Below the pieces are notes generated by a model. It saw only the letters and a list, made by a program, of their open reading frames with translations. It had not been told where the DNA came from and did not search any database. The position numbers and the translations under genes were made by a program. From NCBI GenBank assembly GCA_964588285.1, contig CAZPNX010000001.1:70954-134953 (forward strand): a stretch of 64,000 nt of DNA. Direction: 5' to 3'. Source of the DNA: an uncultured bacterium (GTDB lineage: Bacteria; Edwardsbacteria; AC1; EtOH8). Positions 36,876-47,291 of the stretch are shown one piece after another. Positions within the stretch are counted from its first letter, which is position 1; every line of letters starts with the position of its first letter.

Positions 36876-37898
36876 ATGGCCATTGAGAAAATAACAGGCA
36901 ACGAGACCCTGGAGGAACTGCAGGCGCTGATGGAGGCGTTCCAAAAACGTCTGGCCATCTTGGACGAAAAGAAGAGCCTTACCAGGCCCGAGATCTACGC
37001 CAAGGTCCGTTCAGAATACGAGGACAAGATTCAGGAGATCCAAAGCTTGATGTTGGAAAAGGGCGCCAACCTGGAGGAAACCCTTAATCAGGCCGTGGTG
37101 GATCAGGACACCCTGGCGATACGCAAACAAGAACTTAAGGATATACTGGATGAGATGGAGCTGAGGCTGGCCATAGGAGAGATAGACGAAGAGACCAAGG
37201 CCCGCCAGACCCAGGAACATATCGAGGAGATGGAGGAGATAAACGGTAAACTGGCTGCTCTTGACCAAAAGATAGCCAATTTCCAGAAAATGATGGCTGC
37301 CCAGCCTCAAAAATCGACACCGGCACCGGCTCCAGTGCAGATGCCAGAACCGCCCAAGCCGGCTCAGGCTTTCCATCAGGCCGCTCCAACTCCGCAGTCA
37401 AGACCGGCGCCTCGTCCTCAGCCAGAACCTGTTGCCCCCCAAGCACAAATGCCTCAGCCAAGGGTTGAACCAAGACCGGTGACCGCCCCAAAACCCATTC
37501 CGGCTGCAGCACAAGAACCGCCAACGACTCCCAGACCGGCCGTAAAACCGCCGACACTACAGCCAGCAACGGCATCCAGACCAGTTCCGGTTCAGCCAAC
37601 AACCCCCCAAACGGCAGCAGCTGTAACTGCCACAAACGAGATAGATGAACTGGAGAAACAGTTTGCCAGCTTGTTGGGAGAAAGCCTGGCTGAAGCCACT
37701 CCAAAGACGACAACTAAAGAAGAATCAGAACCTGTAGAAATTGTCTCCAAATCTGCCGGTGCCGAAGAAGCAGCTGAAGAAAACCACGAAGGCGAACTCA
37801 AGTGTCCCAAATGCGGATCGTTCAACCGGGCCGACAACTGGTATTGCGAGAAATGCGGCAATGAACTGATATCAGCCCAGGACCTGCTAGGGAAGTAG
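36876..37898 (+). CDS. Coiled-coil / proline-rich protein with a C-terminal zinc ribbon (hypothetical)
   Basis: N-terminal heptad-rich segment, ~150-aa P/A/Q linker, C-terminal CPKCGS...CEKCG. Confidence 0.55.
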   Translation: MAIEKITGNETLEELQALMEAFQKRLAILDEKKSLTRPEIYAKVRSEYEDKIQEIQSLMLEKGANLEETLNQAVVDQDTLAIRKQELKDILDEMELRLAIGEIDEETKARQTQEHIEEMEEINGKLAALDQKIANFQKMMAAQPQKSTPAPAPVQMPEPPKPAQAFHQAAPTPQSRPAPRPQPEPVAPQAQMPQPRVEPRPVTAPKPIPAAAQEPPTTPRPAVKPPTLQPATASRPVPVQPTTPQTAAAVTATNEIDELEKQFASLLGESLAEATPKTTTKEESEPVEIVSKSAGAEEAAEENHEGELKCPKCGSFNRADNWYCEKCGNELISAQDLLGK

Positions 37899-37903
37899 AA
37901 AAA

Positions 37904-37928
37904 AAGAGGGCCAGCCAAGGCCCTCTTT
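37904..37928 (+). terminator. Hairpin terminator after the zinc-ribbon gene
   Basis: aagagggcc-agccaa-ggccctctt followed by tcaaatctt. Confidence 0.4.
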
Positions 37929-38020
37929 CAAATCTTAAAAAAGTTTACATAATATTTATTATGGGTCATATAAAATAAGATTACTTTACTTTATTTATAC
38001 TTGATAACTATTTATTGTTA

Positions 38021-40159
38021 TTATACTTGCCAATTTTCAATATCTGTTATACGGCTAGGCACGGTTAAAACAATCATCTCCAAATTGGGATGTTTCTCCA
38101 ATTCTATGGAATCGGTTCTGACATAGATTTGAAATTGTATTTTATCTCCCTCTTTGGCGCCGAGATGATCGAAAGGTATGGCCATTTCGATTATCCTGTC
38201 GTAGGCCCATTCTAGATCGGTTCCGGTTCCAGGCTGGTCAAAAATATCCAGCGTGATCTTCCTGTTTTCCGGCTTGAAGAAATCAATAGCCACATTCAGC
38301 TCCGGATATTCTTCCTGTTTGATTCCAGCCGCCGGGTCCAGTCTTATGTAAAGCCGGTGGTGGTCGCATCCGTAATACAAGGCTTTGATCAGGCTCTGGC
38401 TGCGATGCATGGTGCCGCCTTGAACGGCTGTATCGAGTTTTCCGGACCCAGCCCATTCGTAAAAATCGGTGGTTCTGCCGTCAATTACCGGGCTGATGAG
38501 GTCTATCGGCCGGCTTATCATCTTTTCGGCCGGCTTGGCGGTGACGATGGGCGTCAGCACCTCTTCGGGCACCTCCAAACCCATCAGGCGATAGGCTTTG
38601 GCGATATGGGCGCGATATAGGCGGTCGAACTCGGCCAGATGCTCACTGTCGAAGTCGCCTCCGTACCACCAGCACCAATCGCTGCCCTCGGCTATGAGAA
38701 TCTCCTGCTCAGCCTCCTGCCTGACTTCCTGTTCCAAGGCTTGGCTTCTTTGCATCAAGCATTGACGTACCTGCCGCAACAGCTCCCAGGCCGCATGGTC
38801 CTCCCTCTGGCCTATCCAAATGCCGAAATCGCTGTTTATCCAAGATCCGGGGTGCAGTCTTTCCAGCCTTCCGCACCGGCTGTTTGAATCCAAAAACTCG
38901 CTGAAAGTGCAGGTTTTTATGTTATTGCTGGCAATTAAGCCATGGTAAAAAGTCTTTAGAAATTCATTTCCATCGTCTTGGTATGCTTCCCAGGCATTTT
39001 CTCCGTCAAGGATCACCGGCACCAGGTGCTGTCCCGCTTTAGAGCCTAAGCTGGAGGCTATTCTTTCCAGCCTTGACACCAAATCGGCCGCCGCTTCCTG
39101 GGGTTTCCATGAGGCATAGGTGAAACCTATAAGGTCGGAAAGTATCCTGTCCCGGAAGAAAATGGCCGGACTGCCTGGGCTCATCCGGTAGGGCCGGTAG
39201 AGGGTTTCGGGGTCTGAAGGCTCCAGATTTGCCCGCAGCGGCCTTTCCAGGCTCCTCTCCAAAATACCCTCGTCGGTGGCTATCCATTCCACCCCCAAAC
39301 CATATATAATGTCCACCGCCTGCTGGCTGACGCTTCCCTCCGAAGGCCACATCCCTCTGGGCCTGGCGCCGAAGCGCTGCTCCATAAAATCCAAAGCCTT
39401 GGCAACTTGAAGCTCGGCGTCCTGGGGATGGGCGAACCTGGACGGCAGATCGGCCCCCGGCATGCATTGCCTGGCGACATCGCTGTCGCAGAGCAGGGGC
39501 AGTATGGGATGGTAGAAAGGCGAGGTGCATAGCTCGGCGGCTCCCTTCTCCACCGCCTGCCGGTAGGCAGGAACTATCGACTGCAATATGACCGCCTGGC
39601 GCTGGAGCATGGCCGACTTGTCCTCTTCGGTAAAATCACGGGCCTTGGCGCATATCTCGGCCAGAACCGGGTCGTTTTTCAAATACAGGGGATCGGTCCA
39701 AGCCAAGTTGAACCAGACCTGGAGATCAAGCAGATCCTGGCGGTGAAAACGTCTGAGGATGGCGGGCAGCTCCGACGGATGGAAGAATGTTCCCCTCTTG
39801 TGCAAAAGCTCCCAATAGCGGGGGCTGGGGCGGATCATGTTCTCCCAGTTGGCCATGAAGAATTCCTGGAGCAGAAAGCAGGCCTCGGACTCCGACAAAT
39901 CCGCGGCCGGCTTCCGGGTGATCTCCAGATGCCGGTCGGTGGCCGACCCGTCGGCATAGGACTCCAGCTGTTCCACTAGGGCCGGCACCAAGTTGAAGGT
40001 CAATCTCAGTCCGGGCTGGGCCATGGCCAGGGCCGGCATGTCCCCATAATCCTTAAGACCGTGGAGCCTGGTCCAGGGAAGTCGAAAAACCCTGCTATCG
40101 GGATCACGATAGCAGGGCTGGTGCATATGCCAGAGCAAGGCCACATTAAGACGGGACAT
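38021..40159 (-). CDS. Glycoside hydrolase family 57 enzyme (alpha-glucan branching / amylopullulanase type) with a C-terminal extra domain
   Basis: N-terminal LWHMHQP hallmark of GH57; 712 aa. Confidence 0.8.
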   Translation of the reverse strand: MSRLNVALLWHMHQPCYRDPDSRVFRLPWTRLHGLKDYGDMPALAMAQPGLRLTFNLVPALVEQLESYADGSATDRHLEITRKPAADLSESEACFLLQEFFMANWENMIRPSPRYWELLHKRGTFFHPSELPAILRRFHRQDLLDLQVWFNLAWTDPLYLKNDPVLAEICAKARDFTEEDKSAMLQRQAVILQSIVPAYRQAVEKGAAELCTSPFYHPILPLLCDSDVARQCMPGADLPSRFAHPQDAELQVAKALDFMEQRFGARPRGMWPSEGSVSQQAVDIIYGLGVEWIATDEGILERSLERPLRANLEPSDPETLYRPYRMSPGSPAIFFRDRILSDLIGFTYASWKPQEAAADLVSRLERIASSLGSKAGQHLVPVILDGENAWEAYQDDGNEFLKTFYHGLIASNNIKTCTFSEFLDSNSRCGRLERLHPGSWINSDFGIWIGQREDHAAWELLRQVRQCLMQRSQALEQEVRQEAEQEILIAEGSDWCWWYGGDFDSEHLAEFDRLYRAHIAKAYRLMGLEVPEEVLTPIVTAKPAEKMISRPIDLISPVIDGRTTDFYEWAGSGKLDTAVQGGTMHRSQSLIKALYYGCDHHRLYIRLDPAAGIKQEEYPELNVAIDFFKPENRKITLDIFDQPGTGTDLEWAYDRIIEMAIPFDHLGAKEGDKIQFQIYVRTDSIELEKHPNLEMIVLTVPSRITDIENWQV

Positions 40160-40168
40160 GGCTTATTC

Positions 40169-40840
40169 TTAGGAGGTCGGGGTCATCTGCAGGGCGGTTT
40201 TGGCCTCAGGTAAAAGGGCGCTGGCCGGATAGTCGTCTATCAGCCTCTGGTAGGCGCCTCGGGCCCGTTCCATCAGGCCGGCCTCGGCAAAGCACCTCCC
40301 GGCTTGCAACAGGGCGGCCGGGCTTAGAAATTCCTCCTTGGGCAGGCGGTCGGCGATGGCCTGATATTGCTCGGCGGCCTTGGCGAAATCTCCCTGCTGT
40401 TCCAGACAGGCGGCTATCCCGGAAAGGGCGGCGTCAAGCAGGATCGGATTTTTGGGGCGCGTTTTAAGACATTCCCGGTACTGCTTGAGGGCCTCTTGGT
40501 AATTTCGCTGCTGGAAATAAATGTTTCCCAGGTAAATTTTGGCCTCCTGGCCGGCGGGGGTGGAGCCGTAACGTGAGGCGATCTCCTTATAGCCTTCTTG
40601 GGCCTGGGCCGGACTTCCCGATAAAAACGCCCCATGGGCCGAGTTCAGCATCAGACCGGCCTGCTCCTGGCTTTTGGCCCGGTTCTGGGATATAAAAACC
40701 AAGCCTACGGCAATGACCAGCAGGCCTACCGCCACCGCCAGCACCTCGGTCGAGTAGCGTTTGACAAAGTTGACCGTCTTCAGCAGGTCCTCGGCGAATT
40801 CGTCGTGCTTGAGACGGTGCTTGCTAATCCTATGCGACAC
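40169..40840 (-). CDS. Membrane-anchored TPR protein (YfgM-like)
   Basis: Single N-terminal TM followed by TPR repeats. Confidence 0.55.
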   Translation of the reverse strand: MSHRISKHRLKHDEFAEDLLKTVNFVKRYSTEVLAVAVGLLVIAVGLVFISQNRAKSQEQAGLMLNSAHGAFLSGSPAQAQEGYKEIASRYGSTPAGQEAKIYLGNIYFQQRNYQEALKQYRECLKTRPKNPILLDAALSGIAACLEQQGDFAKAAEQYQAIADRLPKEEFLSPAALLQAGRCFAEAGLMERARGAYQRLIDDYPASALLPEAKTALQMTPTS

Positions 40841-40925
40841 TATACCCCTCGGAATTGCGTTATCGAATTTTAGGCTACCTGGTAATTATAAAGCATGGAG
40901 GCGGAGCCTGTCAAGGCGGGCCGTC

Positions 40926-42005
40926 TCATCTTAGGCGCAACTCGGTGTGAGGGTCGAAGGCCAATATCGCTTTAGAATCAGGTGACAGGCCGATATTGGT
41001 TCCTCTCTCTATTCGGACATTGCCTTCGGTCCTGGCCACCAGCTTCTCCCCTCCCTCCCCCAGGGCGTATACCAGGGATTCGCCTCCCAGCTGCTCCACC
41101 AGTTCCACCGAGGCCCTGATGCCCCGTCCCGGTTTATCGATGGCCAGATCCTCGGGCCTGATCCCGATGATGATCTCGGCTCCCTTGGCCGGTTGGTTCT
41201 TAATCGGCGGCAGCCGCAGCCGGCAGCCCCGGCACTCGAGGGCCGCTCCCCCCTGGCCGGCCGCCACCCGTCCCTTGATCAGGTTTATCCCCGGCGTTCC
41301 GATGAAGTTGGCCACGAACAGACAATTAGGATCGTGATAAATTTTCAGCGGCTCCCCGACCTGGAGCAGCCGGCCGGATCTCATGACCGCTATCCGATCG
41401 CCTAAGGTCATGGCCTCCACCCGATCGTGGGTGACGTAAACCGCGGTGGTTCCCAGCTGCTGCTGCAGCCTTTTGAGCTCGGCCCGAGTCTGAGTGCGCA
41501 GCTGGGCGTCCAAGTTGGACAGCGGCTCGTCGAAGAGGAATGCCTGGGGCTCCTTGACGATGGCCCGGGCCAGGGCCACCCGTTGGCGCTGTCCTCCGGA
41601 CAATTCCTTGGGTTTTCGGTCGAGCAGTTCGGACAGCCCCAGCATGGAGGCCGTCTCTGCTGCCTTGTTGGCTATCAGCTTCCTGTCCATCCCGGACATC
41701 CGCAGGCCGAAGGCGATGTTGTCGAAGACGGTCATGTGGGGATAGAGGGCGTAATTCTGGAAGACCATGGCCACGTGGCGGTCCTTGGGGTGCATCCCGT
41801 TGACCTGTCGTCCTCCGATGAAGATGCGACCGCGGGTGGGATCCTCCAACCCGGCGATCATTCGCAGCACCGTGGTCTTGCCGCAACCCGAAGGTCCCAC
41901 CAGCACCAGAAATTCCCGGTGGTGCACAGCCAGGTCAAATTCCTTGACCGCCTCCACCCCGTTGGCGAATGTTTTGGTGACCGCTTCCAGTTTGACTTCA
42001 GCCAT
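40926..42005 (-). CDS. Sugar ABC transporter ATP-binding protein (MalK/UgpC/MsiK-like)
   Basis: Walker A GPSGCGKTT, LSGGQRQR, Walker B and a C-terminal TOBE regulatory domain. Confidence 0.9.
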   Translation of the reverse strand: MAEVKLEAVTKTFANGVEAVKEFDLAVHHREFLVLVGPSGCGKTTVLRMIAGLEDPTRGRIFIGGRQVNGMHPKDRHVAMVFQNYALYPHMTVFDNIAFGLRMSGMDRKLIANKAAETASMLGLSELLDRKPKELSGGQRQRVALARAIVKEPQAFLFDEPLSNLDAQLRTQTRAELKRLQQQLGTTAVYVTHDRVEAMTLGDRIAVMRSGRLLQVGEPLKIYHDPNCLFVANFIGTPGINLIKGRVAAGQGGAALECRGCRLRLPPIKNQPAKGAEIIIGIRPEDLAIDKPGRGIRASVELVEQLGGESLVYALGEGGEKLVARTEGNVRIERGTNIGLSPDSKAILAFDPHTELRLR

Positions 42006-42014
42006 GGCAGTATG

Positions 42015-43490
42015 TCACAATTGTTTTGACAGGCAGATCAAAAGTTCTCCGGTATGGGTGATGTCCAAGTAAGCTCTCAGCGATCCGTTCGCTCTCTCCC
42101 TGACCGGCAGCGACATCAGATGCGAGAGCGGCCAACAGGAATTCGAATCCGCCTCCGGAGGAAGGCTGATCTTATTGAATAAGACGGTGGGCATGGGGTT
42201 TCCCGGTCCGAATGGCGCCCGTTGGGCCAACTCTTCTTTTGATTCGACCGCTTCGGAAAAATGGTTGAACTCATAGTCTGCTTCTTTTTCCGGTGCCGGG
42301 ACTATCAACTGACGTCTCTCCTCCAGAGCCTGGGACAGCAAGCCGGGAAACTCGGCCTCGAACCCCGGAGAGACGGTGAAACCGGCCGCCTGTTTATGCC
42401 CTCCATGCTGGAGGAACACCCGGGAAATCGAATCCAATAATTCGACCCAATCCAGAGGCTGATATCCCCGGCTTTCGCCGGTCAGCATTCCGTTCTTTTC
42501 CGAAACCACCACCGCCGGCTTGCCGGTTCTGTCTCTGAGCATCGAGGCCAAGGAGCCGATCATATCGGGCTTCAAAGACCGGTCGACGATCAAGATATAG
42601 GGCAATAAGGCATCGCTGCCGTCCCGCAGCCGGGTGAAGTTCTCCTCCAGCTCCTGTTGGCGCCGAGACATCAGTTGTCTAATTTCCGATATCCTTTCCG
42701 GCCTGATATCTCCCCGGAGAAGCTCTACGGTCTCATGCCGAAAGCCGGCGGATTCGACCAGCGATAGAAACGGCACCAATGTCCGGCGCAGGAGTCCGGG
42801 TGAAAGGCCCAGGGAGAGGTCGAAGCCGGCTATCCGGCAGACCTGCCGAAGCACCCGATTTTCGGCCAAAACCGGCAGTCCGGTTTTTACGATGGCCCGA
42901 TTCTCAGCCGACAGAGGCACTCGGTCCGAAACTGTTCCCAAGGCTGCCCAAGCCAGGGTTTCGGGATCGTGGGTCAGCCAATCCTGTATTTCTTCCCCTT
43001 CCAGCGCGGCCGCCAAATAAAGAGCCACTCCGCATCCGGCCAGCTCCGTCGTCGGCCTGGGTTTCTCCGGTATCTTGGGATTGACCACCATGTCGGCCGG
43101 CGGCAAAATCGGCGGAAGCTCGTGGTGGTCGGTGACCACCACTGGAAAACCCATGTTCCTGGCCGTTTTTACCTCAGCCGAATTGCTGATGCCGCAGTCG
43201 ACCGTTAAAAGGAGAGTTTTGGCCCGGCCGGTAACGGCGCGCAGAACCTCGGGATCCACTCCATAGTGCACCGAGGTCCTGGGAGGAATGTAATAGCCTG
43301 TTTTCCCCGGTGTTCCATCCAGGGCCTTGAGCATGATGGCGGTCGAGGTGACGCCGTCCAGGTCGTCATGCCCCCAGACCAGAACCTTACCCTTCTCCGC
43401 CCGTTGGCGGACGAATTTACCCGCCCTGGCCAATGATCTCCAGCGCCAAGGCTCTAAAGGGTAGCGGTCCTCCATGGTTTGGGGCATCAA
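42015..43490 (-). CDS. DHH-family phosphoesterase, RecJ-like
   Basis: DHH motifs HDDLDG and VVVTDHHE, plus a DHHA1-like C-terminus. At 491 aa it is shorter than canonical RecJ. Confidence 0.7.
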   Translation of the reverse strand: MMPQTMEDRYPLEPWRWRSLARAGKFVRQRAEKGKVLVWGHDDLDGVTSTAIMLKALDGTPGKTGYYIPPRTSVHYGVDPEVLRAVTGRAKTLLLTVDCGISNSAEVKTARNMGFPVVVTDHHELPPILPPADMVVNPKIPEKPRPTTELAGCGVALYLAAALEGEEIQDWLTHDPETLAWAALGTVSDRVPLSAENRAIVKTGLPVLAENRVLRQVCRIAGFDLSLGLSPGLLRRTLVPFLSLVESAGFRHETVELLRGDIRPERISEIRQLMSRRQQELEENFTRLRDGSDALLPYILIVDRSLKPDMIGSLASMLRDRTGKPAVVVSEKNGMLTGESRGYQPLDWVELLDSISRVFLQHGGHKQAAGFTVSPGFEAEFPGLLSQALEERRQLIVPAPEKEADYEFNHFSEAVESKEELAQRAPFGPGNPMPTVLFNKISLPPEADSNSCWPLSHLMSLPVRERANGSLRAYLDITHTGELLICLSKQL

Positions 43491-44383
43491 AAATTCATTC
43501 CGATGGAAAAAGCGTGGACGTCGCCTAAGCCCCCGTAGGATCGGTAGCCGTACTCCACCGAGTAATCCTGGACGCCGGTGGTGTGGACGGCAATTCCCAG
43601 GCCCAAGGGCGAGCGCTCCGGTTTCCCCTCATCGTTATCATAGCCCAGTCGAAGGCTTGCGAAGGGCAACGGCCTCAGCTCCAATCCGGCCGAGACCACC
43701 GGTTTTTGGTCCCGGGCCGAAGTGAACACCAGCCCGGCCTCGGCCCTCTCGCCCCAGGCCCTGGCGCTAAGCCCGAGGTTGACCGAGGCCGGGAGGTCAA
43801 ACTTGAAGTCGCTGTTCACCGGGTATCTGGTCCCCAGATTACGGGCCAAGAGGCTTCCGGTCAGGAAGCGATGGCGGTAGCTGGCCCCGGCATCCAGGGC
43901 CCATCCCCAGTCCTTGCGGTCGGGCATGATCAATGAATACCCCTTGACGGCCAGCCCGGCGCTGATTTCCATCAAGAGCTTCCGACCCAGTCCCAGGCCC
44001 CAAAGGATGGATTTGGGCTCGATGCTTCCCAGCGGCTCGCCCTGCGGGCTTAAGGCAACCAGGGAACCGAACGACCAGTACCCGAAAGAAAGGCTGGCCG
44101 TGCCCAAAGGCTTTGCCGGAACGACGCCGGAGAAGGTTCCGGCATAGACGTCCTGCCACCATTGCAGGCCTGAGGCCCGGACAGTGCGCCAGCTGATCTC
44201 GGATAGCCGGGCCGGGTTTAGCGACAGGCCCTCAGGTTCGGGCGAGAGAGCCAGGCTGGCCAGTCCCAGGCTGAGGCTGCCCGGAGTGGCGGGCAAATCC
44301 CAGTAAAGGCTGCACTGGGCGGCCAGGGGCGAGGCTGCGGCCAGCAGGGCCAAAGCGGCCAGCAGATGCTTGATCCTTTTCAT
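43487..44383 (-). CDS. Outer-membrane beta-barrel protein (possibly T9SS-associated PorQ/PorV-like)
   Basis: Signal peptide MKRIKHLLAALALLAAASPLAA, C-terminal ...HAFSIGMNF and a 4-nt ATGA overlap with the upstream gene. The family subtype is not resolvable by eye. Confidence 0.55.
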   Translation of the reverse strand: MKRIKHLLAALALLAAASPLAAQCSLYWDLPATPGSLSLGLASLALSPEPEGLSLNPARLSEISWRTVRASGLQWWQDVYAGTFSGVVPAKPLGTASLSFGYWSFGSLVALSPQGEPLGSIEPKSILWGLGLGRKLLMEISAGLAVKGYSLIMPDRKDWGWALDAGASYRHRFLTGSLLARNLGTRYPVNSDFKFDLPASVNLGLSARAWGERAEAGLVFTSARDQKPVVSAGLELRPLPFASLRLGYDNDEGKPERSPLGLGIAVHTTGVQDYSVEYGYRSYGGLGDVHAFSIGMNF

Positions 44384-45732
44384 CGGGACACCATCGTCTT
44401 TCCGGTGTAGGTTACGGTTTGGTTCGGGCCGCGCTGCTCCACCATCAGCACATAGATCCCGTTGGGCACCGGCTTGCCGCTTTGATCCTGGACGTTCCAA
44501 CCAACGGCCTGCCCGGGCTGGGCATGATCGTCGGACCAGACCAGGGTTCCGGCCAAATCGAAGATTTTTATCGAAAGGCCGGTGGCCCCGTTCAGGGGCG
44601 GAAAGATTATCTTGGCCTGATCCTTGATCGGGGTCGGCCAGGTGGTTACCTTGAACCTGACCTCGTTTTGAGAGACGATGTCCAGAAATACCGGGCTGGT
44701 CCAAGCCCGATCGCTGTCGTTCTGGACGGCCTTGACGAAGAAATACTGGGACCCGGCATTCAGCTGCCTTTTAAAACTCCAGTTGACCACCCGGGTGCCA
44801 GGCGCCAGAGAGTCCACTATGCTGCCGTTGTTGTAGAGGTAGAGTTTTCTGAAAGCCGAGGTGTCGGATACGGCCGAGACCTCAAAATTAGCTTCACCCT
44901 GACCCCTGAGGAGGGACGAGCCCTGCCAATAGCCGTCCACCTTGAGCGAAAGCCAGAAGCGGTCCGAGGCCGGGCTGACCTCGACGGCCGTGGTCCGCCT
45001 GGCCTGAAGCGCCTCAAGTATGGCCGTCTTGGTCAGGGTGTCGGCCCAGATCCCGGTCAGGGGAATATTTCCGTTGGAAACTCTATTGCCCCAGTTATGT
45101 TGATGGTTGTCCTGGTTGGCGGCTGGGCCGATATGCCAGCCATTAGACAGCGCCTGAATATAGAAACGCTCATATTCATAATTGCTGTTTATCACTTCCA
45201 TCAGGTCCATTGATTGCATGTAGTCTAGATAAAAATGCAAGTTATTAAATATGTTGTCATCACCGGCTCCCGGGTGGTTGAACTGGGCCGGGGTATTATG
45301 ATCCGATATCCATTTGTAGCAATTCACTAACTCGCTTTGGCTATTGAAATACGGAGACAACTCAGTCTCGAATACATTCAGGTGTCCAAAACCTCGTGAA
45401 CCTTCACTGCCGATCTCGAGCCCGGCCAAGGCCACAAAGACGCCGGGCACGGTCATGGTGTCGGCCACCAACCTCAGGTTCAGGTAATTCTCTGGACTGA
45501 TTGTGTAACTGACGCCACCGGACATGCCCCCATTATTATGATCGGTCAGAGCTTGGACATCAATACCGGCCACATCCCTGGCGTAGGCGAAGGCGGTGTC
45601 CGGAGTGCTTACTCCGTCGGAATATCCGCAATGGGCGTGAAGATTTCCGAAGAAGCACTTGTAATTCTCCTGGGCCCAGAGAATTGAGGTTACAATCAAC
45701 AACGCGGTGACCAAGGGGAAGAACTTCCTCAT
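44380..45732 (-). CDS. Secreted PHP/CehA-McbA-family metallophosphoesterase with a T9SS C-terminal sorting domain
   Basis: Signal peptide. N-terminal FFGNLHAHCGYSDG matches PHP motif I (H-x-H...SDG). C-terminal ~80 aa KIIFPPLNGATGLSIKIFDLAGTLVW...NGIYVLMV. Confidence 0.7.
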   Translation of the reverse strand: MRKFFPLVTALLIVTSILWAQENYKCFFGNLHAHCGYSDGVSTPDTAFAYARDVAGIDVQALTDHNNGGMSGGVSYTISPENYLNLRLVADTMTVPGVFVALAGLEIGSEGSRGFGHLNVFETELSPYFNSQSELVNCYKWISDHNTPAQFNHPGAGDDNIFNNLHFYLDYMQSMDLMEVINSNYEYERFYIQALSNGWHIGPAANQDNHQHNWGNRVSNGNIPLTGIWADTLTKTAILEALQARRTTAVEVSPASDRFWLSLKVDGYWQGSSLLRGQGEANFEVSAVSDTSAFRKLYLYNNGSIVDSLAPGTRVVNWSFKRQLNAGSQYFFVKAVQNDSDRAWTSPVFLDIVSQNEVRFKVTTWPTPIKDQAKIIFPPLNGATGLSIKIFDLAGTLVWSDDHAQPGQAVGWNVQDQSGKPVPNGIYVLMVEQRGPNQTVTYTGKTMVSR

Positions 45733-47291
45733 GGCGCCACCTCCTGGGACTTACGGGTGCCTTCCCGGATGCGCCCCTCGGTTCTGACGTCCACCGGAGA
45801 ATGCTTGTGAATAAAGTCCACCATGGCCTGGCGAACGAGTATGCCCGTGTCCGTCCAGTTCTCGGCCTCCTGGAAAATGCGGTAGTTGCCGCCCCCGGCC
45901 GCCAGAAAGCTGTTGGTGGCCACCTTATACTTGGCCTGGAGATCCATCGGCTTTCCCCCGACCTCGGCCGAGACGATCCGCTCCATCGGCGGCCGCTTGG
46001 GGTCGAAGACCATCCTCAGGCCGCTGACCTGGAAGATGCCGTGCCCCCCCATGACGCTGACCTCCAGCGCCGTCAGCAGCTGCTCCCCGGTCATATCCAT
46101 GGTGACGATGGTGTTGCTGAAGCCGTCCACCTTGTATATTTTGCGATAGGTGATCTCCCCCCGCAGGATGTCGTCCCGGATGCCTCCCGAGTTCTGAAAG
46201 GCGACGTCGGATCCGGCCGCCTCCCTTATGGCGTCGGCCATCAGGTTGCCCAGCGAGCTTTCCCTGGGTCCTCCGGCCCGCACCATGTCCGCCGCCGCCA
46301 GCCCGATGACCGAGTCGTACCCGGCCTCGGCCAGGTCCGACCATTGGCGGATCTTTCTAAGCTCGGCCGTGTCCGGCGGCACCTCCTCGGTGAACAGCTC
46401 TCTAAGCTCGCTCTGGTAGCCTACGATTTGCTTGGTCTGGGGGTCTATCATCAGCTCCAGCTTGCCCACGGTCGATAGGTGGCCGTAAGTCTGAACGATG
46501 ATGGTGTGGTTGTTGGGACACTCGTAGGCCTGACGCAGTCCGGTGTGGCTGTGGGCCCCGATGATGACGTCGTACCCCGGCACCGAGTCGGCGATGACCT
46601 TGTCTCGGTAGAAACCCGAATGGTGCAGACCAATAACCAAATCCACTCCTTTGGCACGCAGGGTGTCAAGCCACTTCCTAGCCACGGGTGTCTCCGGGAG
46701 GACGTCGAGACCCTTCATGTTCTCCGGCGTCTGCATGCCCCGCAGTCGCTGGTGGGTAATGCCTAGAATGCCGATTTTTAGCCCTCCCCTCTCCACAATG
46801 ACCAAGGGTTTAAGATGCGGCAGTATCTCGCCGGTGGCCGAGTCTACCAAATTTGCCGCCAGCAGTGGGAAATCAGCCATCGCGGCCAACTCCCGCAGCA
46901 GGTCCGGGCCCCGGTCCAAATCGTGGTTGCCCACAGTCATGGCATCGTAGCCCATCCGGTTCATGTACTCGATGACCGCCCGGCCCTTGGAGAACTCGCC
47001 GGTGGGGGTGCCCTGAAAAATGTCTCCTCCCTCCAGCAACAGAAAGCCCCAGCCCTTCTCCCGGGCCCTCTCCCGCTCCTCCCGGATGATGGCCGCCGCG
47101 CCGGCCGCGTTGCCGATGGGCGGCGGGAAATTGGGATTGATCCACCAGGCCTCCTCCGGCGGCAGGTGCCCGTGGATGTCGTTGGTGTGCAGTATCACCA
47201 GACGCTGCCACTTCTCCGCCCCTGAGAGTGTCGTAATCGCCGTCAAAGCGATTAAAACCAATATACAGCGCCCAGCGAACCCAAATGTCAT
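45729..47291 (-). CDS. Secreted bifunctional metallophosphatase / 5'-nucleotidase (UshA-like)
   Basis: LVILHTNDIHGHL, GGDIFQGT, VGNHDLD calcineurin-like motifs and a C-terminal 5'-nucleotidase domain. Start is set at MTFGFAG (the signal peptide), ATG 47291. Confidence 0.85.
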   Translation of the reverse strand: MTFGFAGRCILVLIALTAITTLSGAEKWQRLVILHTNDIHGHLPPEEAWWINPNFPPPIGNAAGAAAIIREERERAREKGWGFLLLEGGDIFQGTPTGEFSKGRAVIEYMNRMGYDAMTVGNHDLDRGPDLLRELAAMADFPLLAANLVDSATGEILPHLKPLVIVERGGLKIGILGITHQRLRGMQTPENMKGLDVLPETPVARKWLDTLRAKGVDLVIGLHHSGFYRDKVIADSVPGYDVIIGAHSHTGLRQAYECPNNHTIIVQTYGHLSTVGKLELMIDPQTKQIVGYQSELRELFTEEVPPDTAELRKIRQWSDLAEAGYDSVIGLAAADMVRAGGPRESSLGNLMADAIREAAGSDVAFQNSGGIRDDILRGEITYRKIYKVDGFSNTIVTMDMTGEQLLTALEVSVMGGHGIFQVSGLRMVFDPKRPPMERIVSAEVGGKPMDLQAKYKVATNSFLAAGGGNYRIFQEAENWTDTGILVRQAMVDFIHKHSPVDVRTEGRIREGTRKSQEVAP

